43,190 nucleotides of DNA, taken from positions 1 through 43,190 of the IMG/VR virus record IMGVR_UViG_3300020045_003196; one strand, given 5' to 3'. The translations under genes and the position numbers were made by a program. The notes beneath the pieces were generated by a model. The model saw nothing but the letters and a program-made list of their open reading frames with translations, made no database searches and was not told the origin of the DNA. This document shows positions 1 to 7,658 of the stretch, in pieces; the first letter of the stretch is position 1; each line of letters opens with the position of its first letter. Source of the DNA: a virus. Lineage: Duplodnaviria > Caudoviricetes.

Positions 1-121
1 ATAAACAAAAAAAAGATGAGCCTTACACATACCGTCGCTATATGTGCAGGGTTTGCGGTTGCCGATTCAGCACTGCTGAGACTTTGACATCGGTTTACAA
101 GGCGGCAAGAAAGCCGCGATG
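1..121. repeat. Terminal direct repeat, identical to 43070-43190 (circular assembly overlap)
   Basis: Exact 121-bp identity between the two window ends; an ORF reads through the junction. Confidence 0.95.
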
Positions 122-142
122 GCAGAATAAGGCATAATAATT

Positions 143-165
143 ACCCGCTTCGGCGGGTTTTCTTT
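143..165 (+). terminator. Intrinsic terminator ending the + strand accessory operon
   Basis: ACCCGC-TTCG-GCGGGT followed by TTTCTTT, just after the stop at 135-137 of the junction-spanning gene. Confidence 0.85.
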
Positions 166-183
166 CGCCGGCAATTTATCTAA

Positions 184-741
184 CTAAATCATCTTCTGAT
201 TTTCTTTTGCCCAAATATCCGGGTGTTTTGCGCCCTTTGACATGTTGCATGTAGGGCATAGACATTGAATGTTGTCAGGCCAGTTAGAACCGCCCAGCGC
301 AAGGGGCATAATGTGATCAACGTGATATTTTTCATGACCCTCAGTTGATAGTTTAGTTTTGCAATTTGCACAAAGTCCGCCCTGATACTGAAAAATTGAT
401 CTTACGTCATCAAACGTATGTCTCCCCTGTGCTTTCAGCTTTCTAGCTCTACGATTTCTTCTGTGCTGCGAAACCTTCTCAGGATTCCTGGCTTTATATT
501 TCTTGCGATGCTCTGCTATCTTTTCTGGATTTTTGGCTGCATATCGCATTTGCTGCTTGGAGCGCTCGCCAGGCCTTAAAACTCTATATGCGCGCTGGTA
601 TTCGGAAATATTCTCGGCATTTTTGGCTCTATGCTCTCTCCTGCATATTTTGCAATGAGGCTGCAGGCCATCACTCCTTGCAGAGTGCTTATCGAATTCA
701 TCTTTCTGTTTTTCAATTTTGCATTTTTTGCAAACTTTCAT
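184..741 (-). CDS. HNH endonuclease with N-terminal Cys-rich domain
   Basis: CxxC...HVDHIMPLALGGSNWPDNIQCLCPTCN motif; start ATG at 741 or GTG at 750; AT-rich relative to the genome. Confidence 0.9.
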   Translation of the reverse strand: MKVCKKCKIEKQKDEFDKHSARSDGLQPHCKICRREHRAKNAENISEYQRAYRVLRPGERSKQQMRYAAKNPEKIAEHRKKYKARNPEKVSQHRRNRRARKLKAQGRHTFDDVRSIFQYQGGLCANCKTKLSTEGHEKYHVDHIMPLALGGSNWPDNIQCLCPTCNMSKGAKHPDIWAKENQKMI

Positions 742-776
742 GGCGCTCACCCGTCTAAGTGGCCGTCGGCTGGGTT

Positions 777-822
777 GCAGAAGGCGATGACGAATCGCTT
801 TTCGGATGGCCGTCCTATCTGC
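777..822 (-). ncRNA. Candidate structured 5' leader (three-way junction) of the HNH gene
   Basis: GCAGA/UCUGC closing stem enclosing hairpins GGA-CGGCCA-UCC and GCGAU-UCGUC-AUCGC; begins right after a promoter. Confidence 0.55.
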
Positions 823-828
823 GCGTTA

Positions 829-857
829 ATTCTATCTCTGCGGCGAATCACAGACAA
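829..857 (-). promoter_or_regulatory. sigma70-type promoter for the HNH leader and gene
   Basis: TTGTCT (857-852)-N17-TAGAAT (834-829). Confidence 0.7.
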
Positions 858-884
858 TAAAAAGCCCCGTCCGAGGACGGGGCT
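857..884 (-). terminator. Intrinsic terminator after the primase and candidate sRNA
   Basis: AGCCCCGTCC-TC-GGACGGGGCT followed by TTTTATT on the - strand. Confidence 0.9.
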
Positions 885-916
885 AGCGGCTTTGCTTTGA
901 CAGGAGCTTGCCGGGG
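857..916 (-). ncRNA. Candidate trans-acting anti-RBS small RNA (~60 nt)
   Basis: Own promoter (923-951) and terminator (857-884); hairpin CGGC-AA-GCU-[CCUGUCAA]-AGC-AAA-GCCG exposes GCUCCUGUCA, complementary to the GACAGGAG RBS of six genes. Confidence 0.6.
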
Positions 917-922
917 AATTCC

Positions 923-951
923 AGATTATGCAGAAGGCATGCCAGTGTCAA
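923..951 (-). promoter_or_regulatory. sigma70-type promoter overlapping the primase 3' end, driving the candidate sRNA
   Basis: Perfect TTGACA (951-946)-N17-TAATCT (928-923). Confidence 0.7.
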
Positions 952-1798
952 GCTTGGCATATGGGTCGCGGCTTATCGGGTAGACGGCGTGACCGCGCTC
1001 AACCAGGTCATCAAGCTCTTCAGGGTATGCTGCGACCATGGTGAAAATGTGCTTTTGCTGGTACTGCATCCAAGTGAAATTGTCGGGATCTATCGCAGCT
1101 CTAACGATAGATCTGCCGCCACGTCGCCACCAGATACGCCAGGCGTCCGCATAACCCAAGCAAAGAATTATCTCGTTGTCGTGCACGAAATTATCAGGGT
1201 CTGCGAGATTGCAAGGCAGAATGTCATGGGTCGCGCCATAGGTCGGCCCACCCGCAACCCAGTCAACCCGATGGTCTCGGATGGCGGCCATGTTCAGTCG
1301 CTTACCTGATCGCTCAACAAGCACGATTAGCACGCCATTCAGATCTGTAACCCTTTCGTGAGGCGCAGTATTGCGAGCGACCAGATACGGGTGCTGCTCG
1401 GAGAAATGTAGGCGCTTGGCGATCTCGTCGCACTTACCCTCATCCTCGCAATTGCCGGACGGGTAATTCACCCGCTGCGATTCGGCCTTCTGCTTGATCA
1501 TTTCTGGCGTGACTGTGACAGGCATATTGCCGACGATGGCCGCCACCGCATCGCGGAATTTTAGCGACTCATACTCAGCTACGAAATTGACTGCATCGCC
1601 ACCCGCGCCACAGCCAAAGCAGTAATAAAAACCTTTCTGCTCATTGACGCTGAATGACGCTGATTTTTCCTTGTGAAATGGGCAGCAGGCCATCCAGTTT
1701 TTGCCGGCTTTCTTGAGGTCGATTCGCTTGCCGATCACTTCAACTATGTCGTAGTTGGCTTGGTCGATTACTGATTGCGGAATGCCTTGCTCGCTCAT
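926..1798 (-). CDS. Primase-like protein: DnaG-type CHC2 zinc finger plus degenerate TOPRIM-like domain
   Basis: CCPFHKEKSASFSV...YYCFGCGAGGD zinc finger; start MSEQ overlaps the upstream stop (ATGA-type coupling). Confidence 0.85.
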   Translation of the reverse strand: MSEQGIPQSVIDQANYDIVEVIGKRIDLKKAGKNWMACCPFHKEKSASFSVNEQKGFYYCFGCGAGGDAVNFVAEYESLKFRDAVAAIVGNMPVTVTPEMIKQKAESQRVNYPSGNCEDEGKCDEIAKRLHFSEQHPYLVARNTAPHERVTDLNGVLIVLVERSGKRLNMAAIRDHRVDWVAGGPTYGATHDILPCNLADPDNFVHDNEIILCLGYADAWRIWWRRGGRSIVRAAIDPDNFTWMQYQQKHIFTMVAAYPEELDDLVERGHAVYPISRDPYAKLDTGMPSA

Positions 1799-2253
1799 TT
1801 CTGAAGCGCCATCAACGTTGGCAGCTTGATCGCCGGAATGCGTCCGCGCGACTTCCAGGTATGGTAATTCGCCACGGTGATATAGGCGGCGGCGCAAAGA
1901 GCTTCGACGCTGCCGTATTGGGCGGCCAGCTTAACCAAGAGCTTGGCGTCGGCAGTTTTAGCTTCTGGCGGCGATCCTGGCACCGGGCCTGGCGGTTCGC
2001 GGCCCCATTCTTCATCGGAAAGATCTGGCCTGAATTCCCGCTTGTCGCGCTTGGTTAGTTCAGCCATAGCTTCAGCCCCGCGAATGGACATGCGACCAGA
2101 ATAGACCCACTGACGAACCGCCATCGGACTGACGTTTAAAAACGCCGCCAGCTTGGTCGGCCCCTTATGCAGCAGGATCGCTCCGAGCAGCATGTTGCCT
2201 TCAGGTGTTTTCGACAACCGCTCAATCGAGCGGCTTGATAGATTTTGCGGCAT
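1795..2253 (-). CDS. Transcriptional regulator with two tandem Cro/YdaS-like HTH domains
   Basis: GPTKLAAFLNVSPMAVRQW...RPD and GSVEALCAAAYITVANYHTWKSRGRIP separated by a Pro-rich linker. Confidence 0.7.
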   Translation of the reverse strand: MPQNLSSRSIERLSKTPEGNMLLGAILLHKGPTKLAAFLNVSPMAVRQWVYSGRMSIRGAEAMAELTKRDKREFRPDLSDEEWGREPPGPVPGSPPEAKTADAKLLVKLAAQYGSVEALCAAAYITVANYHTWKSRGRIPAIKLPTLMALQK

Positions 2254-2263
2254 CACGTCACCC

Positions 2264-2319
2264 GTTGACATAGTGATTATTTGGGCTGATATTACCACCT
2301 CCAAAGTTATTATGACAAC
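2264..2319. promoter_or_regulatory. Overlapping divergent promoters with operator motifs
   Basis: + strand TTGACA (2265)-TAGTGATTAT..-GATATT (2288), N17; - strand TTGTCA (2318-2313)-N18-TAATAT (2294-2289). Confidence 0.7.
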
Positions 2320-2336
2320 CGACAGGAGCGTCACGC

Positions 2337-2537
2337 ATGAGCGACAAAATCAACCTGGCTTATAGCGGGACAATCCCGTTTACCGATCTGCAAATGCGGC
2401 AGATGATCGCCAGCTATAAGACGGGCAAATCTGCTCGTCAACTGGCTGCCATCTACGGTATCAGTCAGAAATCCGTGCTGCGCCGCCTCCATACTCTCGG
2501 CGCCGATGTCCGCGCCAAGGGGCGCCAGCATGGCTAA
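2337..2537 (+). CDS. Small HTH DNA-binding protein
   Basis: SARQLAAIYGISQKSVLRRL HTH; GACAGGAG RBS at 2321. Confidence 0.75.
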   Translation: MSDKINLAYSGTIPFTDLQMRQMIASYKTGKSARQLAAIYGISQKSVLRRLHTLGADVRAKGRQHG

Positions 2538-2787
2538 GCATCACTGTCGCTGCCGATATTGCGGCAAGCGCAAGAAGCTGCGCCAGCATCCGCTTGAATA
2601 TCGAGTCCAGCCACGCTGCGCGAATTGCCGCGCTAGATCCTGGCGCCGCGACAACTATAGGCATGCCGTCGAGGTTCCTCAGATGCGCGCCAAGATCGGT
2701 CGCTACCGGGTTTGCAGCGCTGATTGTTTTCACTTCTCGCATCGGTTTGGTTGTGCGGGTTGTAAGTTCGCAAGCTGCTTGGCATAA
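2530..2787 (+). CDS. Cys/Arg-rich hypothetical protein, probably zinc-binding
   Basis: CRCRYC, CANC, CSADC..H..HR..C..C; overlaps the previous gene. Confidence 0.7.
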   Translation: MAKHHCRCRYCGKRKKLRQHPLEYRVQPRCANCRARSWRRDNYRHAVEVPQMRAKIGRYRVCSADCFHFSHRFGCAGCKFASCLA

Positions 2788-2794
2788 TGATTAT
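2779..2794 (+). promoter_or_regulatory. Operator-motif copy upstream of the ParB-like gene
   Basis: TTGGCATAATGATTAT, one mismatch to the repeated motif; no clear -10 at 17 bp. Confidence 0.55.
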
Positions 2795-2816
2795 TCACTC
2801 GACAGGAGCAACACCA

Positions 2817-3734
2817 ATGGCAGTCTACACCCTGAATAATATCGCCTCCGACAAGGCCAACGAAGCCGCCAAACGTGGCGATGCGATCCGCGTCAAGCTG
2901 GACAAAATCGTAATCGTCGAGGGCTTCAACGTCCGCGAAAATGACGACGACCTGCGCGAGCACATTGCAAGCATCGCGGGCGCCATCGCTGCCAATCTGC
3001 CGATCCCGCCGATTGAGGTCTGGACGAATCCTGAAACTGGCTCCATTGAGTTGGTCGACGGTCATTGCCGTGTTCAAGCCTATAAGCAGTTCGCCGAAAC
3101 CGGCGCTGAGTTTGATGGCTATATCTCGGCGGTGAAATTCGACGGCACGCCAGCACAGCGCAACCTGCGGATCGCAACCAGCAACCGACAGAAGTTGCTG
3201 AAGCCTGTTGAGCTGGGCCGTGTGTATCTGCGCGCTCGCGATGTCGACGGCATGAGTCGCCAGGAGATCGCGACGGAAGCAGGCGTCAGCGTTTCGCACG
3301 TTGACCAGATGCTTTTGTTTGCGACTGGCAGCGTGGCCGTACAGCAGGCTGTTGCGCGCAACGAGATCTCGACCACCGAAGCTGTCAAGCTGATGCGCGA
3401 TCACGGCGAGAAGGCGCCCGAAGAGTTGGAGCGCCGCAAGGAAGTTGCCAAGGCGAGCGGAAAGGAAAAGGTCACCGCCAAGGTTGCAGCGCCAAAGCCG
3501 CCGTCACGGCCGAAAGTTGATTTCGTTACGTCATGCGCCGTTGTTCTGGTTGGTTCTTTGAGTGAAGAAGAAATATCCGCGCTTGAGACTTCCTTGATTG
3601 ATCCTGTCACTCAAAAACCCGTTAACAAAATCGTTCGTGGCGATCTGCTTCTTGATCTGATCAGCGCAGTTCGCGAAATGAAGCAGGGCGCCAAACCGCT
3701 GGACGCCGATAAGCAGCAGGAGCTTTCGGTATGA
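2817..3734 (+). CDS. ParB/Spo0J-like protein (ParB N-terminal domain plus HTH)
   Basis: GFNVR...PPIEV...LVDGHCR motif and MSRQEIATEAGVSVSHVDQML HTH; RBS GACAGGAG at 2801. Confidence 0.85.
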   Translation: MAVYTLNNIASDKANEAAKRGDAIRVKLDKIVIVEGFNVRENDDDLREHIASIAGAIAANLPIPPIEVWTNPETGSIELVDGHCRVQAYKQFAETGAEFDGYISAVKFDGTPAQRNLRIATSNRQKLLKPVELGRVYLRARDVDGMSRQEIATEAGVSVSHVDQMLLFATGSVAVQQAVARNEISTTEAVKLMRDHGEKAPEELERRKEVAKASGKEKVTAKVAAPKPPSRPKVDFVTSCAVVLVGSLSEEEISALETSLIDPVTQKPVNKIVRGDLLLDLISAVREMKQGAKPLDADKQQELSV

Positions 3735-4360
3735 ATCGCTACTACATGAAGTCTACAGATAGCCGTTATGTCGAGGCCTTCAAGGAGCTGCGCGCAATGG
3801 CGGCGGCCCGCTTTCACTACCTGCACGCCAAGGCCAAAAGCCTAGGCTTTGATGAAATAGCCGTGCATGACTTCGGCGCCGACGTTTCTTTTTACAAGAA
3901 GCGTGAAGGCATTTCCCCAGCGCGAAAAGGCGAGCCTATCGAGGGCTTTAAGGGTGGCGAGCTGACCTACCAAAAACAAGGTTCGTTCTTCTGCTACCAG
4001 CTACGCCAGAACAACAAAACAGCTAACGCCATTCGCAAGGATATTGCCGCAGGAATGCCAGAGCGCCCCGCCGAATTAAACGGCGACCTGTATTGGCGCA
4101 GACCTACTATCAGCGCTGTTTTCTGCTTGCGGTACGCGCTTCCTGATGGCGTCTATGATGGCAGTCATTCCATTGGGTACGGTCAGGTCTACTTGCTTCA
4201 AGACAGCATTATTGCTTGCAGCCTTCCGTATCGCGACGACGACAGCAAAGATGCGGCGCCAGCGGTATTTCCAGAAGGCTTTGAAGAGATTACCGAGCGC
4301 GCACTGGTCGCCGAAATTGACGAGCACAATAAATCGCTAGGGGGCGCCGATGCTCCTTAG
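3731..4360 (+). CDS. Hypothetical protein
   Basis: 209-aa ORF with ATGA coupling to the ParB-like gene. Confidence 0.75.
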   Translation: MNRYYMKSTDSRYVEAFKELRAMAAARFHYLHAKAKSLGFDEIAVHDFGADVSFYKKREGISPARKGEPIEGFKGGELTYQKQGSFFCYQLRQNNKTANAIRKDIAAGMPERPAELNGDLYWRRPTISAVFCLRYALPDGVYDGSHSIGYGQVYLLQDSIIACSLPYRDDDSKDAAPAVFPEGFEEITERALVAEIDEHNKSLGGADAP

Positions 4361-6308
4361 CTTTCAAAAGCCAGCAGTGACGGCCTTGTGCCGTCACTTC
4401 CGAGCCCGAGAGACAGCCAAGTTCGGCGACCGCGACATTCACCCGCCCATCATCGTTTCCGCCTCGGTATCGTCCGGTAAGTCGGTGATGCTTGCCGAGT
4501 GCGCCAAGGCGCTGCTGGATGCTCAAATTGAGCGCGAAAGGGCTGCCGGTAAGGCTGGCGATCCAACCATGCGTATTATGGTCATTCAGCGCCAAGGCAT
4601 CCTTTGCCAGCAAAACAGCGAGGCGGCCTGGAGCATCAACCTCAGGAACTCCCTGTTTAGCGCTTCATGCGGAAACCTCAAGTCAACACGCTTTGAGGTT
4701 GTATATGCGACCGAAGGCACAATTGCGCGCGCCCTCGGCCAATACCGCTTTAGCCTCTGGACGCCTGAAGAGTTGGAGCGTGATGCTCAATGGCGAGGCC
4801 GCGCCGGTAAATTTCACCCCGACTTAATCCTTATCGATGAAGGCCACCAGGTTCCGTTTGAGCAGCCTGATTCGCAGTACATGAAGACGCTCCTGCACTT
4901 CTACGACTGCAAGCCGCACATGCGCTTAGCCTGCATGACGGGATCTCCTTTCCGGGGAATGGCATCCATCGTTGGCGATACGCCGCAACACCTCTGGAAG
5001 AAGGTCGCCAGCATTGAGCCTGGCGATCCTGACTATCCAGAGGGTGGCGTCGGCAACGGCATCATCAGCACCGAATTTATGATTGAGCAGGGCTGGGTTG
5101 TGGCTCCGACTTTTGGCTATCCAGAGGATGAAAACACCCACTACGATTTCAGCCATCTATCAACTGAAACCTGGGACTACCCCGAAGCCGAGCTTGACGC
5201 CGTAGTCAGCGACAAAGCGCTGTGCCTTGCGATCTGCGCGGACTTTATCAAGAAGAGCGCCGACAGGAAGGGTGTATTGGTTTTCGCCTCTACGCAGCGG
5301 CATACGCGGCAGATATCGGCAGCTATGAAACTGCTCGGCGTTGATCCTGAGCAGATCGGCGTGATCATCGACTCAACCACGCAGAAAGAGCAGACAAGGA
5401 TTTTGACGGCAGCCAAAGCCGGCAAGCTGAAATACGTCATCAACGTCTCAGTGCTGACCACTGGCGTCAACGTGCCTTGGTGGGATACCGAAGTCTTGAT
5501 GCGACCCATAGCCTCTATCGTTCTGCTCATCCAGGCTATTGGCCGAATCCTGCGCCTGCTTATCGCTGACAACGAAATGCCAATGGTTGAGCGTGATGCT
5601 TTGACTGCTGAGCTTCGCCGCCTGCTGATTGAGGCCAGTGGCAAACCTGACTCGCTGGTGCTGGATTACGCGGGCGTGATGGATACCTTGGGTCATTTGT
5701 ACTCCAATCCAGTGCTTGAAATGGCTGAGCTTGAGAAAGCCAAGAAGGAAGGAAAAGACCTGATCGAATGCCCCAAGTGCATGGCGATGAATAGTCCTAA
5801 CGCCAGACGCTGTATCGGCGGCACAATCCAGGAGCGCTGCGACTATTTCTGGCATTCCCGTATCTGCCCCGGGTGTGGAACTGAGAACGATCAGGTGGCG
5901 CGCGAATGCCGCTCATGCCGACGTATGCTCATCGACCCCAATGCCGCGCTTAACGGTAAGCATTATGTCGAGGGTGAGTCTATTCCGGTGCGCGCTGTTA
6001 AGGCTGGCGCTGGCGCTGGTGGCAAGTTCTTTATCCGCTACGAATTAGCCGACGGCGAAACGCCGATTGAGGTCTTTTGGCCGCACACGGGAAACAACAT
6101 CAAGGTCAACAATCAGATCTGGTACAAGTTCGTCGATCAGTTGCCGATTGATCTTCCGAGTAAGTTCCGGCTCAAGGCTATGAAAGCAAAAACCATAGAA
6201 GAAAACATCCACTTGATACCCTTTCCGGTCGAGGTTTCGGCGCGCAAGAAGGGCAGCAAATGGACTGTTGGGCAGCGGAAGTATGCAGCCGAGGAATTGG
6301 CCTTATGA
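4350..6308 (+). CDS. SF2 (DExH) helicase with C-terminal zinc ribbons, RadD/YejH-like
   Basis: ASVSSGKS Walker A, IDEGH, MTGSP, VLTTGVNVP, QAIGRILR; four CxxC-type pairs. Confidence 0.9.
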   Translation: MLLSFQKPAVTALCRHFRARETAKFGDRDIHPPIIVSASVSSGKSVMLAECAKALLDAQIERERAAGKAGDPTMRIMVIQRQGILCQQNSEAAWSINLRNSLFSASCGNLKSTRFEVVYATEGTIARALGQYRFSLWTPEELERDAQWRGRAGKFHPDLILIDEGHQVPFEQPDSQYMKTLLHFYDCKPHMRLACMTGSPFRGMASIVGDTPQHLWKKVASIEPGDPDYPEGGVGNGIISTEFMIEQGWVVAPTFGYPEDENTHYDFSHLSTETWDYPEAELDAVVSDKALCLAICADFIKKSADRKGVLVFASTQRHTRQISAAMKLLGVDPEQIGVIIDSTTQKEQTRILTAAKAGKLKYVINVSVLTTGVNVPWWDTEVLMRPIASIVLLIQAIGRILRLLIADNEMPMVERDALTAELRRLLIEASGKPDSLVLDYAGVMDTLGHLYSNPVLEMAELEKAKKEGKDLIECPKCMAMNSPNARRCIGGTIQERCDYFWHSRICPGCGTENDQVARECRSCRRMLIDPNAALNGKHYVEGESIPVRAVKAGAGAGGKFFIRYELADGETPIEVFWPHTGNNIKVNNQIWYKFVDQLPIDLPSKFRLKAMKAKTIEENIHLIPFPVEVSARKKGSKWTVGQRKYAAEELAL

Positions 6309-6658
6309 TCATGGTTAAGCAGCGATTTGAGTTTGACTGCGGCTGCGCGGCAGTCGCCTCTCTGTGTCAGGTTACATACGAGCAGGCGGCCGAAGCATGG
6401 GAAAGAGCGCTAAGCAGAAAGCCGCACGCATCCAATTACAAACACTTGCTAGCAGTGATAGCGCAACTAGGTATGCAGGGTTATCGCGTCTCTTCAGGGG
6501 ATCGCTGCATAAGATTTGTTCGTGAAAAACCGCGCCTAAGAACCGGGCATTGGGTGGTTGTTGTCGGAGAGTCTTTATGGTGCCCAACTGCTGGATGGTT
6601 TCAGCTAAAGGCTGACTACCCCTGGAAGTTTTTTGGCAGGGGGATAGCCATAAAATGA
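6305..6658 (+). CDS. Stand-alone peptidase C39-like protein
   Basis: QRFEFDCGCAA and GHWVVV motifs; ATGA overlaps on both sides. Confidence 0.65.
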   Translation: MIMVKQRFEFDCGCAAVASLCQVTYEQAAEAWERALSRKPHASNYKHLLAVIAQLGMQGYRVSSGDRCIRFVREKPRLRTGHWVVVVGESLWCPTAGWFQLKADYPWKFFGRGIAIK

Positions 6659-7071
6659 TCCGCATCTATGACAGCGGCTATCGGGGCGAATGTCGCCGCG
6701 AAGAGCTGGAGCAAATCGACTGTGCATCCTGGCTCCAGTTCAATCACCCGGACCGCTGGCCGCTGGTCTGGCATGTACCGAACGAGCTGACCGTAGACAA
6801 GAAAAAACCCGGCTGGGCTCAGCACCTCAAAAAGCGGCAAAAAATGGGGGTCAAAAATGGCGTCTCGGACATCATCGACTTCGGTATTCAGCGTGGCGCC
6901 TTTGAGCTGAAACGCCTGGACAGGCAGAAGTCGACCCCGGTAACTAAGGAGCAGCGTGACTTTCTAAAGTCGGTCGACGAGTCGGGCGGGTTCGCCGCGA
7001 TCTGTTACGGCTTCGAACAGTTCAAGCTGGCCTACGCCGACTATCTGGAACGGTGCGGAAATATCGGTTGA
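6655..7071 (+). CDS. VRR-NUC domain nuclease
   Basis: WHVPNE, GVKNGVSDII, FELKR, EQRDFL (PD-(D/E)xK pattern). Confidence 0.85.
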   Translation: MIRIYDSGYRGECRREELEQIDCASWLQFNHPDRWPLVWHVPNELTVDKKKPGWAQHLKKRQKMGVKNGVSDIIDFGIQRGAFELKRLDRQKSTPVTKEQRDFLKSVDESGGFAAICYGFEQFKLAYADYLERCGNIG

Positions 7072-7096
7072 CATAATGATTATGCGATACCAGAAT
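7067..7096 (+). promoter_or_regulatory. Early promoter with palindromic operator
   Basis: TTGACA (7068)-TAATGATTATGCGATAC-CAGAAT (7091). Confidence 0.8.
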
Positions 7097-7121
7097 CACC
7101 GCTGTAGACAGGAGATAACTG

Positions 7122-7346
7122 ATGGAAAGTTGGGTAAGAATCACAGAGGCGCCACCAATTGAGTTTACCGGGCAGACATTCGAAGCTCGCGAAGTGTGGG
7201 TGTCAGACGGCAAATATGTTTGCACCACCGAGTATCACGTGGGCGGCGGCCATATTGGCAAGCCATGGGGGTCTTTTCAGTCCTGCGACGGGCTGGCAGG
7301 ACCGATAACCCATTGGCACCCAAAGCCGCCGCCACCCACAATTTAA
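7122..7346 (+). CDS. DUF551-like small protein
   Basis: N-terminal W..I.E.PP and C-terminal ITHWHPKPPPP; RBS GACAGGAG at 7107. Confidence 0.7.
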   Translation: MESWVRITEAPPIEFTGQTFEAREVWVSDGKYVCTTEYHVGGGHIGKPWGSFQSCDGLAGPITHWHPKPPPPTI

Positions 7347-7367
7347 TTCCCTGACAGGAGCAAAAAG

Positions 7368-7658
7368 ATGATCAAGACAATCGAAATGCACATGTATCTA
7401 GTGGTTGGCGAGCATGGCACCTATAGCACGGTTGACAGCATGGACTGGCGCACGATGCCCTCCTGCATGAAGGGCCGCACCTGGCTTGGCAGCCAGACCG
7501 TCGACTTTAACTTTCCCGATATAGACGAGCATCAGGCCGCGATTGACGCACTGAATGCAACCATTCAACAGGAGCGGGTCGAGTCTCAAGCCAAAATTAA
7601 TCTGCTGCTTGAGCGTATCAGCAAGCTTCAGGCCATTGGTCATGAGGTGGCAAAATGA
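7368..7658 (+). CDS. Hypothetical protein with C-terminal coiled coil
   Basis: 96-aa ORF, RBS GACAGGAG at 7353. Confidence 0.75.
   Translation: MIKTIEMHMYLVVGEHGTYSTVDSMDWRTMPSCMKGRTWLGSQTVDFNFPDIDEHQAAIDALNATIQQERVESQAKINLLLERISKLQAIGHEVAK

Noticed and set aside
1-121. Biological terminal repeat of the virion DNA
   Set aside because: It falls mid-gene and has the size of an assembler overlap; real termini cannot be inferred without reads
131-144. GGCATAATAATTAC as another operator copy
   Set aside because: Only a partial match, overlapping a stop codon and terminator, with no -35/-10 context
777-822. Hammerhead ribozyme (three-way junction with GAAA)
   Set aside because: The CUGANGA core is absent
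908-1309. + strand 133-aa ORF preceded by GACAGGAG at 899
   Set aside because: The motif is only 1 nt from the TTG, too close for an RBS, and the ORF is antisense to the primase; the motif is better explained as the - strand sRNA seed
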